A stretch of 64,000 nt of DNA, from positions 32,001-96,000 of IMG/VR virus record IMGVR_UViG_3300008113_000014; one strand, given 5' to 3'. Under the pieces are notes generated by a model. That model saw nothing but the letters and a program-made list of their open reading frames with translations, was not told the origin of the DNA and did no database searches. This DNA comes from a virus. Positions 1 to 9,716 of this stretch are shown here, in pieces; the first letter of the stretch is position 1, and each line of letters starts with the position of its first letter. The translations under genes were made by a program, and so were the position numbers.

Positions 1-3000
1 AGTGCTTGAATTGCTTGAGCTGCCTGCAAGTTTCCTACTTGAATGTATGCATAATATAGTGCACCCAAACCTTCTGCTGCAGAAAGACCAGATTGTGCAA
101 CACCATCTAAAATAACATCTAGTTGCTGTAAAGATGATGCATTTGCTGCTGCAGCCATTACTTGCGTTAATGCTGTTCCTAATGTTAGAGAGCTTCCTGA
201 TGCATCTTTTAGTGTTTGCACAACTGCTTCAGTTTGACTTTTTAAATTCATAAAATTAGATCCAACCATAGCAACCTTACCACTAGATGCTAAGATTAAA
301 TCAAAAGTTTTTTGTGCTTGATCTGGTTTAATTTGACCCAGAGCAACTTGTGTTGTAACAAAAGCTTGGGCAATTTTATTAATTTTTTCTGGAGATGATT
401 CTTCTGTTAAACCAGTTATAAGATCTCTTAAAGGATTTCCTTCTGGCAGCTGGCTAACCATTTCATTAAATCTAGCAAGCTCATCTGTTGTATATCCAAA
501 TGCTTTGCCAATATTTTCTAAGCTACCGCCTACAATTCCAAGAGATACACCAAAGTTACTTATAGAAGTATCTACATTAACTATTTCATTACCAAAATAT
601 GCAGCTATATCAGCACTAGATTTGAATGCTGCTTCTGTCATTGCTTTTTGAATTCTTTGTTTTTCAATTAATTCACTTATTGCAGATGATACAAGACCTA
701 TTGCTGCACCAGCTGCAGCTCCCCAAGGACCAAATAGCATACCCATGCTTGCACCAGTCATTGTTGACTGTATTAGATTTTTACCAGCAAAATCAGGCGC
801 TGCACTAAGAGCCATATTAGCACCCATAAGTCCTACGCTGCCTTGAACGCCACCGAACTTAGCTCCAACTTTTTTAATGTTTGCGTATTTTGCTTTTCTT
901 GCACGCTGATTTTTTAGTTTCTTTTTTTCCTTCTCAGACATACCGACCATTGGAAGAAGGGTTGTTCCTGATGGCATGCTTGGTCCTATTGGAGCAGGGC
1001 CCTGTTCTCTTGTTGCAATGCGACGAGCCTTACCACTTTGAGTTGATTTTTCTTTTGTTTTATTTATTGCTTCTTCTTTTGCTGTTTGATATGCAATACC
1101 ATCTTCTTTACCGTGGGTAGCAGCCAATCGGTGGGGGCTTCCTCTGTCTAGGCTTGCCTCATAAGGATCTTTTGTTGATGCCTTAACTCCCTTTGTATAC
1201 TCTGTGCCATCTTTAGATCCACGTTTAAATAAAGATTTAATTCTACCTCTGTCGTCATAGTAGTCGTCTCTAACTGATGCATCTACAACAGCACTTTGAT
1301 TTCTTTTAACTCTTTTACCTGAAAGCCCCATAAATGATTTTCCTGAACCAAACACTGCAGCATCCGATGGAACTTGTTGCCCTGGTTTATAAGGAGTGCC
1401 GAATTGAACTTGGCCCTTTGCCATATCTCTTGGAACTGCATTAAGCTGTGTTCTATTAAATACATTAGTCTTTGTATTTTTTTCGTCATAGCCAGCAACT
1501 GCGCCCATTTCTTTTAGCAATGTTGCTTTGTATGCTGCCTCTTTTATTTTTCTTTTTTCTAAATCTGTTTTTGCTTCTTTTACAAGTTGTAGTGTTGCTT
1601 TTTCTGCTTCTGCAATTTTTTGTTTTGCCAAGGTAGATGCCTCTTCTGCAGACAAACCTTTTTGCATTAATGTATACTCTAATGCTTGAGTAGATTTCAT
1701 TTTTGTAAAATCTGCTTTTTTAGCTTCAACTTCTTGTTGAGACAGACCAACTAAGCTTTTTTCTAAATCTAGTTGTTCTTGAACTAATATTTTTGCTTGT
1801 TCTTTTTGCGCCCTAGTATTATCTGTTTCATTTTTAGATGGTTTATCAATATAGGCTTGAGCTTTTTTACTTGCTTCTTGCGCTTGTTCAAATGTTATTG
1901 GTTCTCCTGCAATGCCAGCGGAATTTAACATAAAGTTTCTATCAGCAGATGTTTTAGTTGTTGTTCCAGCAAATTCACCAGTTCCGATTGCTGTTACATC
2001 TTCAATATTATTTTCTAATAAGCTACTAGACAGACTTCTAAGAGATGTTTCAATAGTTCTACTTACTGTTACCATTCCATCGGCTGTTGTGGACAATCTT
2101 TGAATACTAACACCAACATCTGGCAAAACTGACAAAACTCTTTGCATTGTTGGGTCTGACAGTGTTGTAGTTAATTGTGCTGGAGTAAATCCCTCTATGT
2201 GGCTTGCTACTGTTTTGGCACCTGGCTTTCCAACAGAATACCCAGGAATATTGTCTGCAATCATTCCATTAATGAGTCCACCATACTTCTTGCTCATCTT
2301 TGTTGGAATTACTGTTTCTCCAGGCATGAGTAGTGATAGCTCTGTGTCTTTATTTCCTGTACCGCCAACTACTGCAGGCTTTCCATTTGCTCTCTTTGTA
2401 ACTGGTGCTCTTTTAAATGGAACCTTGGTTGGCATTAATTGTGCCTGTGCTGCAACTGCTCTGTAATATGCTCTTGTTAGTGCATCAACTGCTGAAGCTT
2501 CTACAGTAAAGGTTTGTGCAAGATTTTTGTGCACTTGATCAAGAGATGCTGCAACCGCTGCTGCATTTCTTTGCTCAAGAGTCATATACTTAACTTCAGT
2601 ACCTAGCGTTGCACTAGACTTACCAGCTTTATTAAAAATACTTTTTAGGAATGTAAAGCCTTTAATTATATTTGCTAAACCGTTTGCAAGCAAACCAAAT
2701 GTCATTAATAATACTGGACCAAGGCCTGCAACTATTGCTGTTAATGTAACAATAACCTTTTTTGTTCCATCTCCAAGATTATTAAACTTATCTAAAATTT
2801 TTGTAACAAACTCAGCAATTGGTGTTACTGCTTTTAAAAACTCTTCTCCTACTGGAACTAATGATAGCTTAAGATTTTCAATAGATGCTTTAAATTTGTT
2901 CATTGCAGACTCTGAAGTCATTCCTAATTCTTTTTCTGACAATGCTGCAAGTTCTTGAATTGATGATCCAGCTAGGTCAAGTACACGTGATGCCTGAGTT

Positions 3001-4382
3001 CCTTCTTTTGTTACGTTTGCAAATAAAGTAGATAGACGAGCAAACTGAAACTTACCAAACATTTGTTCAATTGCTTGTGCTCTATTTAGTGGATCAAGTT
3101 GATTTAATGCTGTTGCAAAGTCAATAACTGTTTTCTTTAAGTCACCCTTATTGTCTACAACAATCTTTTTTATATTAATACCAAGACTGTTAAGCATTGC
3201 TGCTGCTTTTCCAGTTGGGTTAATCATAGAAGCAAGACCAGACTTGAGTGCGTTAGCACCTTCTGATGCGTTTATTCCACCTTCCTTCATTGCAGTCATA
3301 AAGAATGCTAAATCCTTAACATCTCCGCCAAGCTGTTGAATAACTGGTGCTGCCTTTGGAATTGCAGTTGACATGTCATCAAGTGATAAAACAGTTTGGT
3401 TTTCTACTGCGTTAAGAAAGTCAATATTCGTTGCTAAATCTTGAGATGACATTGAGAATGCATTTTGCAATGCAATGGTAGTTTCAAGTGCCTTTTGGCT
3501 TTCAACTTGTCCTAAAACAGAAAGCTTGGTTGCTGCTGCTGTTTGTCTTTGAAGGTCAACTCCTTTAAAACCTGCTGCTGCAGCTTCTGCTGCTAAACCT
3601 ACTGTATCTTTTACTGCGATGCCATACTTTGTAAACTCTTTTCCAAGAGCCTTTATTTCTTCTAATGCTGCAGTACTTTCTGTCGTTGATGTAAATAGAT
3701 CACCATATACCTTTTTAAAACGTATTGCCTGAGTTTCCATATCCATAAATGTTTTAGCAGCTGCTGCTCCAACAGCCATTAATGGAATTGTAAAACCAAC
3801 CATAAGCTGACGGCCAGCCCATTGTGTATTTTTACCAAAGTTTAAAAGATTAGTTGATCCTTGCTTTAACAGCTGATTAAGAATTGCCTGCTTTTCAGCA
3901 GCAATCATTGTCTTTGTTGCAAGATCATTCATATCAAGAGATAGAGGTCTTACGGCAATTGCCTTCATTGCACCGCTAGCATCACGGCCCATCTTAATAT
4001 ATTGTGTTTGAAGGTCTTTTACATTTTCTCTTGCTACTTTGTTTATTGTATCAAACTCAGTTTTAAATAGTTTTCCAAAAGTTTTTGATGCCCCACCAGC
4101 ATATCTAAAATATTCTTTCATGGAGAACTTGTTTTTTTCTAAAGAGCTTGTAAAAGATTCTGTGGTTGTTTTGATTGTTCTCATTTGGGCAGAGAACTGG
4201 CCTGTAGCATTAATTGAGTTAATTAAGTTTTGCTGCATTTGGGCAGTGACTGCATTTGCTGCAGCACCGCCTTTTGCCATTGAGGTATGAAAGGCTGATA
4301 TCTGTCTTTGTAAGTTTTTGATACTGGCTAGTGCTTCAGTAGTATCAATACTTACTTTAATATTAGACTGAACATCAGCCAT
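1..4382 (-). CDS. Tape measure protein (3' end beyond window)
   Basis: Absent from the ORF track because it runs off the window. ATG at 4382 (MADVQSNIKVSID...) with an AAGAGGTG RBS; frame checked at both ends. Ala/Gly-rich helical sequence with the TMP-type segment KNTQWAGRQLMVGFTIPL; follows the tail chaperones. Confidence 0.9.
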   Translation of the reverse strand, partial: MADVQSNIKVSIDTTEALASIKNLQRQISAFHTSMAKGGAAANAVTAQMQQNLINSINATGQFSAQMRTIKTTTESFTSSLEKNKFSMKEYFRYAGGASKTFGKLFKTEFDTINKVARENVKDLQTQYIKMGRDASGAMKAIAVRPLSLDMNDLATKTMIAAEKQAILNQLLKQGSTNLLNFGKNTQWAGRQLMVGFTIPLMAVGAAAAKTFMDMETQAIRFKKVYGDLFTSTTESTAALEEIKALGKEFTKYGIAVKDTVGLAAEAAAAGFKGVDLQRQTAAATKLSVLGQVESQKALETTIALQNAFSMSSQDLATNIDFLNAVENQTVLSLDDMSTAIPKAAPVIQQLGGDVKDLAFFMTAMKEGGINASEGANALKSGLASMINPTGKAAAMLNSLGINIKKIVVDNKGDLKKTVIDFATALNQLDPLNRAQAIEQMFGKFQFARLSTLFANVTKEGTQASRVLDLAGSSIQELAALSEKELGMTSESAMNKFKASIENLKLSLVPVGEEFLKAVTPIAEFVTKILDKFNNLGDGTKKVIVTLTAIVAGLGPVLLMTFGLLANGLANIIKGFTFLKSIFNKAGKSSATLGTEVKYMTLEQRNAAAVAASLDQVHKNLAQTFTVEASAVDALTRAYYRAVAAQAQLMPTKVPFKRAPVTKRANGKPAVVGGTGNKDTELSLLMPGETVIPTKMSKKYGGLINGMIADNIPGYSVGKPGAKTVASHIEGFTPAQLTTTLSDPTMQRVLSVLPDVGVSIQRLSTTADGMVTVSRTIETSLRSLSSSLLENNIEDVTAIGTGEFAGTTTKTSADRNFMLNSAGIAGEPITFEQAQEASKKAQAYIDKPSKNETDNTRAQKEQAKILVQEQLDLEKSLVGLSQQEVEAKKADFTKMKSTQALEYTLMQKGLSAEEASTLAKQKIAEAEKATLQLVKEAKTDLEKRKIKEAAYKATLLKEMGAVAGYDEKNTKTNVFNRTQLNAVPRDMAKGQVQFGTPYKPGQQVPSDAAVFGSGKSFMGLSGKRVKRNQSAVVDASVRDDYYDDRGRIKSLFKRGSKDGTEYTKGVKASTKDPYEASLDRGSPHRLAATHGKEDGIAYQTAKEEAINKTKEKSTQSGKARRIATREQGPAPIGPSMPSGTTLLPMVGMSEKEKKKLKNQRARKAKYANIKKVGAKFGGVQGSVGLMGANMALSAAPDFAGKNLIQSTMTGASMGMLFGPWGAAAGAAIGLVSSAISELIEKQRIQKAMTEAAFKSSADIAAYFGNEIVNVDTSISNFGVSLGIVGGSLENIGKAFGYTTDELARFNEMVSQLPEGNPLRDLITGLTEESSPEKINKIAQAFVTTQVALGQIKPDQAQKTFDLILASSGKVAMVGSNFMNLKSQTEAVVQTLKDASGSSLTLGTALTQVMAAAANASSLQQLDVILDGVAQSGLSAAEGLGALYYAYIQVGNLQAAQAIQA

Positions 4383-4408
4383 TCAATACACCTCTTTATT
4401 TAGTTATA

Positions 4409-4732
4409 TTATTCTTCAGTATTAAAAATTGATGCTGCTTCAGAAAGTTTAATTCCTGATGCTGTTTCAACAATCTCATATACTGTAGGCAAGTCAATAT
4501 TATCCTCAAGCGCAGCAATGTCAGTTGCTAGCTCTGGCTTATATTGTTCCATTGCGATTAGTACACACTCCATTAGTAGATTGATTGATTTATCATTATC
4601 TTCTACTACTGCTGCAATACCCTCAAACTTTTTCATAAACTTTCGTAAAAGTGAAATCTTAAGCGGTCTTAAGGTTATCTCTGTACCATCAATTAATTTG
4701 ACTTTATGCGCTTCATGCACAGTTGTTGCCAT
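4409..4732 (-). CDS. Tail assembly chaperone, short (gpG-like) form
   Basis: Lies between major tail and TMP; paralogous to the N-terminus of 4761..5477. Confidence 0.7.
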   Translation of the reverse strand: MATTVHEAHKVKLIDGTEITLRPLKISLLRKFMKKFEGIAAVVEDNDKSINLLMECVLIAMEQYKPELATDIAALEDNIDLPTVYEIVETASGIKLSEAASIFNTEE

Positions 4733-4760
4733 ATTGATCCCTCCCTTGGGTTTAGATTAA

Positions 4761-5477
4761 TTATACCATGAGAGAGGGGTCTCTTGCGTCTTCATAATCA
4801 AGACCCATGCCAATTCCAAATCCTACTCTTTGAGCATTTTGTCCTTGCAGTGCTAATATGTCATTACTATCATTTGTTGCTCCACCGCTAAATACTCTAG
4901 CCTTTAAATCTTCCCATTCTTTTTGACCTTTTTCAGGTTCAGATCCGCCTTCTAAATCAATACCTTGAATTGATGCAAAGAATTTCTTTTCTTGATAGTC
5001 TAATTCTCTTTTACTTGCTATTATTGATAATAGTTCAGACAATGATATTGATGATTCTAGCTCACTGTAATCTTTCCATATACCCAGCAAAAATACCTCT
5101 GATTCAAGTTTTGCTAAATCAAAGTCTTCCCATGTTGGACCAGCCTCACTACTTTGGGCCTGAGTCTTTATGCTTTCTTCTGAATCTTCACCTATTTTTA
5201 TATTTGCAGCAACCTCTAAAATTTCATGTACTGTTGGTAAATCTATGTTATCTTCAAGATCTTCTAGGTTTTTAGATATTTGAGGATAGTATTGTTTCAT
5301 TGCAATTCTTGCACACTCTAATAAAACCATCATTGATTCATCGTCATTTTGTGCATACTTTATTTTATTAAATACATCCATAAACTCTCTAAGATACTTA
5401 ATCTTAAGAGGCATTATTTCTATTTCTGTACCGTCAAATAAATAGATGTTTTTTGTTTTATATATTGATGTTGCCAT
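4761..5477 (-). CDS. Tail assembly chaperone, long (gpGT-like) form
   Basis: N-terminal ~95 aa paralogous to 4409..4732, plus an extra C-terminal domain; position between MTP and TMP. Confidence 0.7.
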   Translation of the reverse strand: MATSIYKTKNIYLFDGTEIEIMPLKIKYLREFMDVFNKIKYAQNDDESMMVLLECARIAMKQYYPQISKNLEDLEDNIDLPTVHEILEVAANIKIGEDSEESIKTQAQSSEAGPTWEDFDLAKLESEVFLLGIWKDYSELESSISLSELLSIIASKRELDYQEKKFFASIQGIDLEGGSEPEKGQKEWEDLKARVFSGGATNDSNDILALQGQNAQRVGFGIGMGLDYEDARDPSLMV

Positions 5478-5495
5478 AGTCTACTAAGTCTACCA

Positions 5496-5532
5496 CAAAA
5501 ACAACAAAGCCCACCTCGTTATGAGATGGGCT
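5496..5532 (-). terminator. Intrinsic terminator after major tail gene
   Basis: Minus strand GCCCATCTC-ATAAC-GAGGTGGGC followed by TTTGTTGTTTTT. Confidence 0.8.
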
Positions 5533-5554
5533 GAGCTGTATTATTAAGTTTTTA

Positions 5555-6196
5555 TTATGCTGGTGCAAATGTACGGTCAACGATCTTACCGTATGATCCA
5601 GAACTATCTTCTGGTAGTAGACGGAATGATACTTCAAACATTGAAGCCTCATCACGCTTTGCTGCTACTGTTACATTCTCAATTGAGAGTGCACGGTATG
5701 CTGTGTATACACGTTCTGTTACTGCAGCTGTTGCAGGGTTTCCAGTTCCTGGACCCACGGCAACGATACCACGCTCTAGTGCAACATCGCCAATGTCTCC
5801 TGCTGACATGTCTAAGACCTGTCCTGCAGATGTTGACTTTGTTCCTGATAGCTTTGATTCTGGTGATGCAAGTGCTAGTAGAAGATTTTCTAGAGTAGCT
5901 TCAGCAAAAGCAGTTGCAAGGCTAACCTGCATACCCTGCTTGTATAGCTTAGCAACGTCAAGAACCTGATCTACTTGAACTTCACCAAAATCTGGCTGGA
6001 ACTGTAGTTCAAGACCATTCATAGTGTAACCTACGTTTGTGTAGTCTACAGCATTTAGTGTTGATGTAAGTGTAGTCTTAAAAGACTCTGTTCCAACAAA
6101 CGGCTTTAGTGTTGATGGAGTTAGTGTTGTATCTGCAATAAAAAGTGCTGCTGCGCCAACGATGATGTTGTTGGACGTTCCACGACTATATGGCAT
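5555..6196 (-). CDS. Major tail (tube) protein
   Basis: 213 aa; VGYT..GLEL.FQPDFGEVQVDQ tail-tube-like motif; synteny. Confidence 0.85.
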   Translation of the reverse strand: MPYSRGTSNNIIVGAAALFIADTTLTPSTLKPFVGTESFKTTLTSTLNAVDYTNVGYTMNGLELQFQPDFGEVQVDQVLDVAKLYKQGMQVSLATAFAEATLENLLLALASPESKLSGTKSTSAGQVLDMSAGDIGDVALERGIVAVGPGTGNPATAAVTERVYTAYRALSIENVTVAAKRDEASMFEVSFRLLPEDSSGSYGKIVDRTFAPA

Positions 6197-6274
6197 ATTC
6201 TTACCTCTTTTCCTTTAAAGATAGATATTAAATTATACGGCGTTCTGTTTCCTCAAGTCAATTATAACAGCGTT

Positions 6275-6904
6275 TTAAATGACTAATTTAGTAGCCAAGG
6301 TCTCTGGCTGCCAGGAGTGGGCTGTCAAATCAGGCATCTGGTGATAGTCAAAGTCAATAATGATCTTATTGCCACCATATGTACGGGCTGTACCAAAGTC
6401 TATAATATCTCTGGTCTCCTCAAGCTGGTATACCTTGAAATTATGGAAGTAGAACTGGTTATCTAAAACCTCTGTAGGGCTTACCCTAATCTGACGGTTA
6501 CTACACCAGTTGTTGATTTCTTCTGCTGTTTCATCAAAACGATCCATAAGCCTTAAAACTGACTCTTGAATCATTACCATTTTTTCTACTGGATTTTCTC
6601 CTGTAGCATAAAAATAATACAGCAACTGTTCGCACTTAATATGAGGAAAACCTTTTTTATTCATCTTGATTAGTCTATCCCATGTAGCAGCAACGCCTTG
6701 AGTGCTGCGACCAAAGAACTCTGTTAGATCATCTATTGTTGATGGTGTTGATGGAAAAAATGGAAGTGAAGCACCAAAGCTTTCATCTTCACCAAGCTGT
6801 GCTTTTAAAACCTCTGTAATTTTTTCTTGAAGGTATTTGTTTATCCACAAGACTGGAGTATTAATTACACCAGTCGTTCCTAGCCAAATTTCTCCATACG
6901 TCAT
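6275..6904 (-). CDS. Putative tail terminator/completion protein
   Basis: Synteny only (immediately upstream of the major tail gene). Confidence 0.5.
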   Translation of the reverse strand: MTYGEIWLGTTGVINTPVLWINKYLQEKITEVLKAQLGEDESFGASLPFFPSTPSTIDDLTEFFGRSTQGVAATWDRLIKMNKKGFPHIKCEQLLYYFYATGENPVEKMVMIQESVLRLMDRFDETAEEINNWCSNRQIRVSPTEVLDNQFYFHNFKVYQLEETRDIIDFGTARTYGGNKIIIDFDYHQMPDLTAHSWQPETLATKLVI

Positions 6905-7575
6905 TATTTAATCCCCGCATTCGCTATCCATCTATATCCTACCTGAACACCCTTTGATCTACCAGAAAGCTTTCCTGATCTTAGATTTCTTGAGTATACA
7001 ACTGGGTTAGATAGGTATGCTTGTACACCACTTATCCTTAAGAATGCTTGTGTAAAGTATCTATTAAAAAATGTATCAACTATATTTTGAAAAGATCCTT
7101 CAACCTGATTTCCACCAGGATTTACTACTACAACCTTGCCTTTAGTGAAGACTGTATCTCCGCCATCTTCAAAAACCAAGACGCTTGCCTTCTTTGGTTT
7201 AATGGTTACTGGAGTTCCTTCTTCCATTATTTTAGCCTTATTATAAAAAGGTACTGACGAGCCATCTTTAATTGATGTTGATTGCTTCATGGTTGACACA
7301 AACGAAAGGCCAAGGTTGCTTATTGTGTAGTTTATATCGTATAGACGTGCATCAGGACTTCCCACTTTATACCATTCATATATATGGTGTAGTGCTTTTG
7401 GATTTACCCTGGCATTTGAGTCTATATATTCTTTCAATATTTCAGATGTTAGTTTACCCATGTTATTTAAAAACTTTGTTTTTCCTGCTTGTGCGCCCTC
7501 TAAAAATCCAACAGAGTAGTCAATTATATTTTTCATTTCTTTTTTAAACATCTTATCATTCATTATAACTCTCAT
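6904..7575 (-). CDS. Putative neck/tail-completion protein
   Basis: Synteny; translationally coupled to its neighbours. Confidence 0.5.
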   Translation of the reverse strand: MRVIMNDKMFKKEMKNIIDYSVGFLEGAQAGKTKFLNNMGKLTSEILKEYIDSNARVNPKALHHIYEWYKVGSPDARLYDINYTISNLGLSFVSTMKQSTSIKDGSSVPFYNKAKIMEEGTPVTIKPKKASVLVFEDGGDTVFTKGKVVVVNPGGNQVEGSFQNIVDTFFNRYFTQAFLRISGVQAYLSNPVVYSRNLRSGKLSGRSKGVQVGYRWIANAGIK

Positions 7576-8021
7576 TATAAATCACTTGCCTGATTCTCTG
7601 ATCGTCTTAATACTACCTTATGATATTCAACTGTACCAAATGGACCAACAATAGCTTCTGTTGTAGCAATTTCATAGATAGTGGATTTGCCATCTCTTGG
7701 TCCAGATGTCTCTATATAGATGGAATCTTCTTGGGTTGTTCTTATATTTGTAATAAGCACATTTGTTACTGCATTTCTTGAGTTACCCTTGCCAAACCTT
7801 AAGTCTGACCTTACTCTCCCAATTAAAATATTTTCTTTGGTAATGTTTACATTAGGCTTAACTTCTTCTTTGCCAACTATGCCAACTGGACCAAAATTAC
7901 AAGCTACAGATCTATCAAGAATCCATTGCTTTTTTAAGTTTCCGTAAACACCTTGCTCAACAACTGGATAGTAAACATCTGCAAGTAATGGATATATAAA
8001 GTCTGTTGATTCGCATAGCAT
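7575..8021 (-). CDS. Putative head-closure (stopper) protein
   Basis: 148 aa, beta-rich; position after the adaptor. Confidence 0.55.
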   Translation of the reverse strand: MLCESTDFIYPLLADVYYPVVEQGVYGNLKKQWILDRSVACNFGPVGIVGKEEVKPNVNITKENILIGRVRSDLRFGKGNSRNAVTNVLITNIRTTQEDSIYIETSGPRDGKSTIYEIATTEAIVGPFGTVEYHKVVLRRSENQASDL

Positions 8022-8926
8022 TAAATGATGCCAATCTTGGTAATACTCTTTTTATATTTTTCAAGAATTTTATCAACTATCATGTTTCCAGTACCGTTAA
8101 AACTCATCTTATCAAATTGAATTTTGAACTGGTCTGTATTATATGATGTTACATATCGTTTGTAATAATCTAGCTTTCCACACTTAAGGTCATCAATGAG
8201 TACTGTTGTTGCATACTCAATGTCTGCTGGTACTGCTTTATACCCTATATCTAAAACAAGCACATAATCAAATCCTTCTGGAAAGTCTGCACCAGCATAG
8301 CCATAAAATGCTAGATTTCCAGGAGATACTGGAAGTCTTACTGGCCTTGACTCAAACCTATTATATTGATCAGACTCAACTCTTTGAACAGATGAGTTGT
8401 CTAGTGTAACTACATATTGATATTCTCCTACTGTTGTATCGCTAACGTCATAAACAAGCTCATTGTTTTCATAAACCTTTAAAACCTTGTTAACGTTTTC
8501 CCATATTGGAAAAAGATCTGTTCCGAGACCTACTGTTTGAACAATGTGTTTTTCGTTATAAAATCCATCAACCACGTGTGAATCAATAATTGATCTTGCA
8601 ACCAGCTCAAGCATCTTATATTCTGCAATTTCTGATGCAGTGGTTCCAAGTTTTGATGGATCTGTATATGGCCTAACAATGTCTAAGTTGCTATCTACAA
8701 CAAGAACACCTGCCGTGGTCTTAATTTTAAATGAAAACTTTCTATCATACTCTAACTTGCTTTGCGGTATTGTGTAGGTTATTTTTTTGTTTATATTAGA
8801 TGTAGCTGTTACTGTTTCTACAGAATGATCAACTAAGTCCTCAATATAAATAACGTAGCTTGTAGTTGCTAATGGGACATCCCATGTAGTCACAATTGGG
8901 TAAGGTGGTAGTCTTAGAATTTCCAT
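8021..8926 (-). CDS. Putative head-tail adaptor
   Basis: Position after capsid; C-terminal GY..VPADIEYAT motif typical of adaptors. Confidence 0.6.
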   Translation of the reverse strand: MEILRLPPYPIVTTWDVPLATTSYVIYIEDLVDHSVETVTATSNINKKITYTIPQSKLEYDRKFSFKIKTTAGVLVVDSNLDIVRPYTDPSKLGTTASEIAEYKMLELVARSIIDSHVVDGFYNEKHIVQTVGLGTDLFPIWENVNKVLKVYENNELVYDVSDTTVGEYQYVVTLDNSSVQRVESDQYNRFESRPVRLPVSPGNLAFYGYAGADFPEGFDYVLVLDIGYKAVPADIEYATTVLIDDLKCGKLDYYKRYVTSYNTDQFKIQFDKMSFNGTGNMIVDKILEKYKKSITKIGII

Positions 8927-8928
8927 TA

Positions 8929-9261
8929 TTAGCTGTATGCTCCCTTTAGTTCTTCTGGGCTAGCTTCACGAACAGATCTATTAGAAATCCATTTGTCAGC
9001 ATGCTCTTTAGTAACTATGTTATATCCAATTTTTAATTCTCCAACACCAACCCAGTTAAGATTTCTTTCAGAGTAAACTGCAACCTTTTCTTCGGGCTTG
9101 TGTTTAAATACTGGCTCTGTTGTTTCTTTAGGTATAAAGTTTAAAATAATTTCTAATATGTCTACTTTTTTACTTACACCAAAAATATCAATATTGTTTT
9201 GCTTTGCATAAGACTTTAGCTCAAAGACAGTTTTGTTGCTTAATTCTTCAACTACAGACAT
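8929..9261 (-). CDS. Hypothetical protein with Rho-N-like N-terminus; paralog of 9299..9619
   Basis: LSNKTVFELKSYAK..NI motif; shared C-terminal GY...VREAS.EE. Confidence 0.6.
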   Translation of the reverse strand: MSVVEELSNKTVFELKSYAKQNNIDIFGVSKKVDILEIILNFIPKETTEPVFKHKPEEKVAVYSERNLNWVGVGELKIGYNIVTKEHADKWISNRSVREASPEELKGAYS

Positions 9262-9298
9262 CTGTCCTCCTTTGACCTATGCAACAACAAGTAAGTTT

Positions 9299-9619
9299 TT
9301 ACTTGTTAAAGTATGTTTCAATCTCTTCTACGCTTGCTTCACGAACCTTGGTATGGCGAAGGAGCTCTTCTGCATCCTTTTTACTTACTCTTGAATAACC
9401 CTTTGAAGCAGAAGCTCCAGATTCTGTAACAATGTCTTTAAGGGCATAAAGTACAACTGAGTCTGACGAATTAGGTGTTTGCTGGCTTGGCTTTGGAGCT
9501 TCTGGGGCAGGTGCCTTTTGCTCAACTGGTGCTGGCACAACAGTAGGTGTTTCTTTAATTAGTGCGTCAACTGCTGGCACATTTTCTACTTTATTAAAAT
9601 TGTCCATTTTTTCCTCCAA
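9299..9619 (-). CDS. Hypothetical protein; paralog of 8929..9261
   Basis: Pro-rich linker plus GYSRVSKK...VREASVEE. Confidence 0.6.
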   Translation of the reverse strand: MEEKMDNFNKVENVPAVDALIKETPTVVPAPVEQKAPAPEAPKPSQQTPNSSDSVVLYALKDIVTESGASASKGYSRVSKKDAEELLRHTKVREASVEEIETYFNK

Positions 9620-9666
9620 TATTAAATGAATTTAATCATTTTACTAAATTATACCACAATATGACT

Positions 9667-9696
9667 GAGGGAGACAGTTGTTACGCTGTCTCCCTC
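9667..9696. terminator. Strong hairpin after major capsid gene
   Basis: GAGGGAGACAG / CTGTCTCCCTC 11-bp stem; no U-tract. Confidence 0.6.
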
Positions 9697-9716
9697 GTCA
9701 AGTTAATCAGTGATGA

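Noticed and set aside
626-4290. Short ORFs within the tape measure region
   Set aside because: Antisense or off-frame shadows of the long TMP frame that the track omitted.
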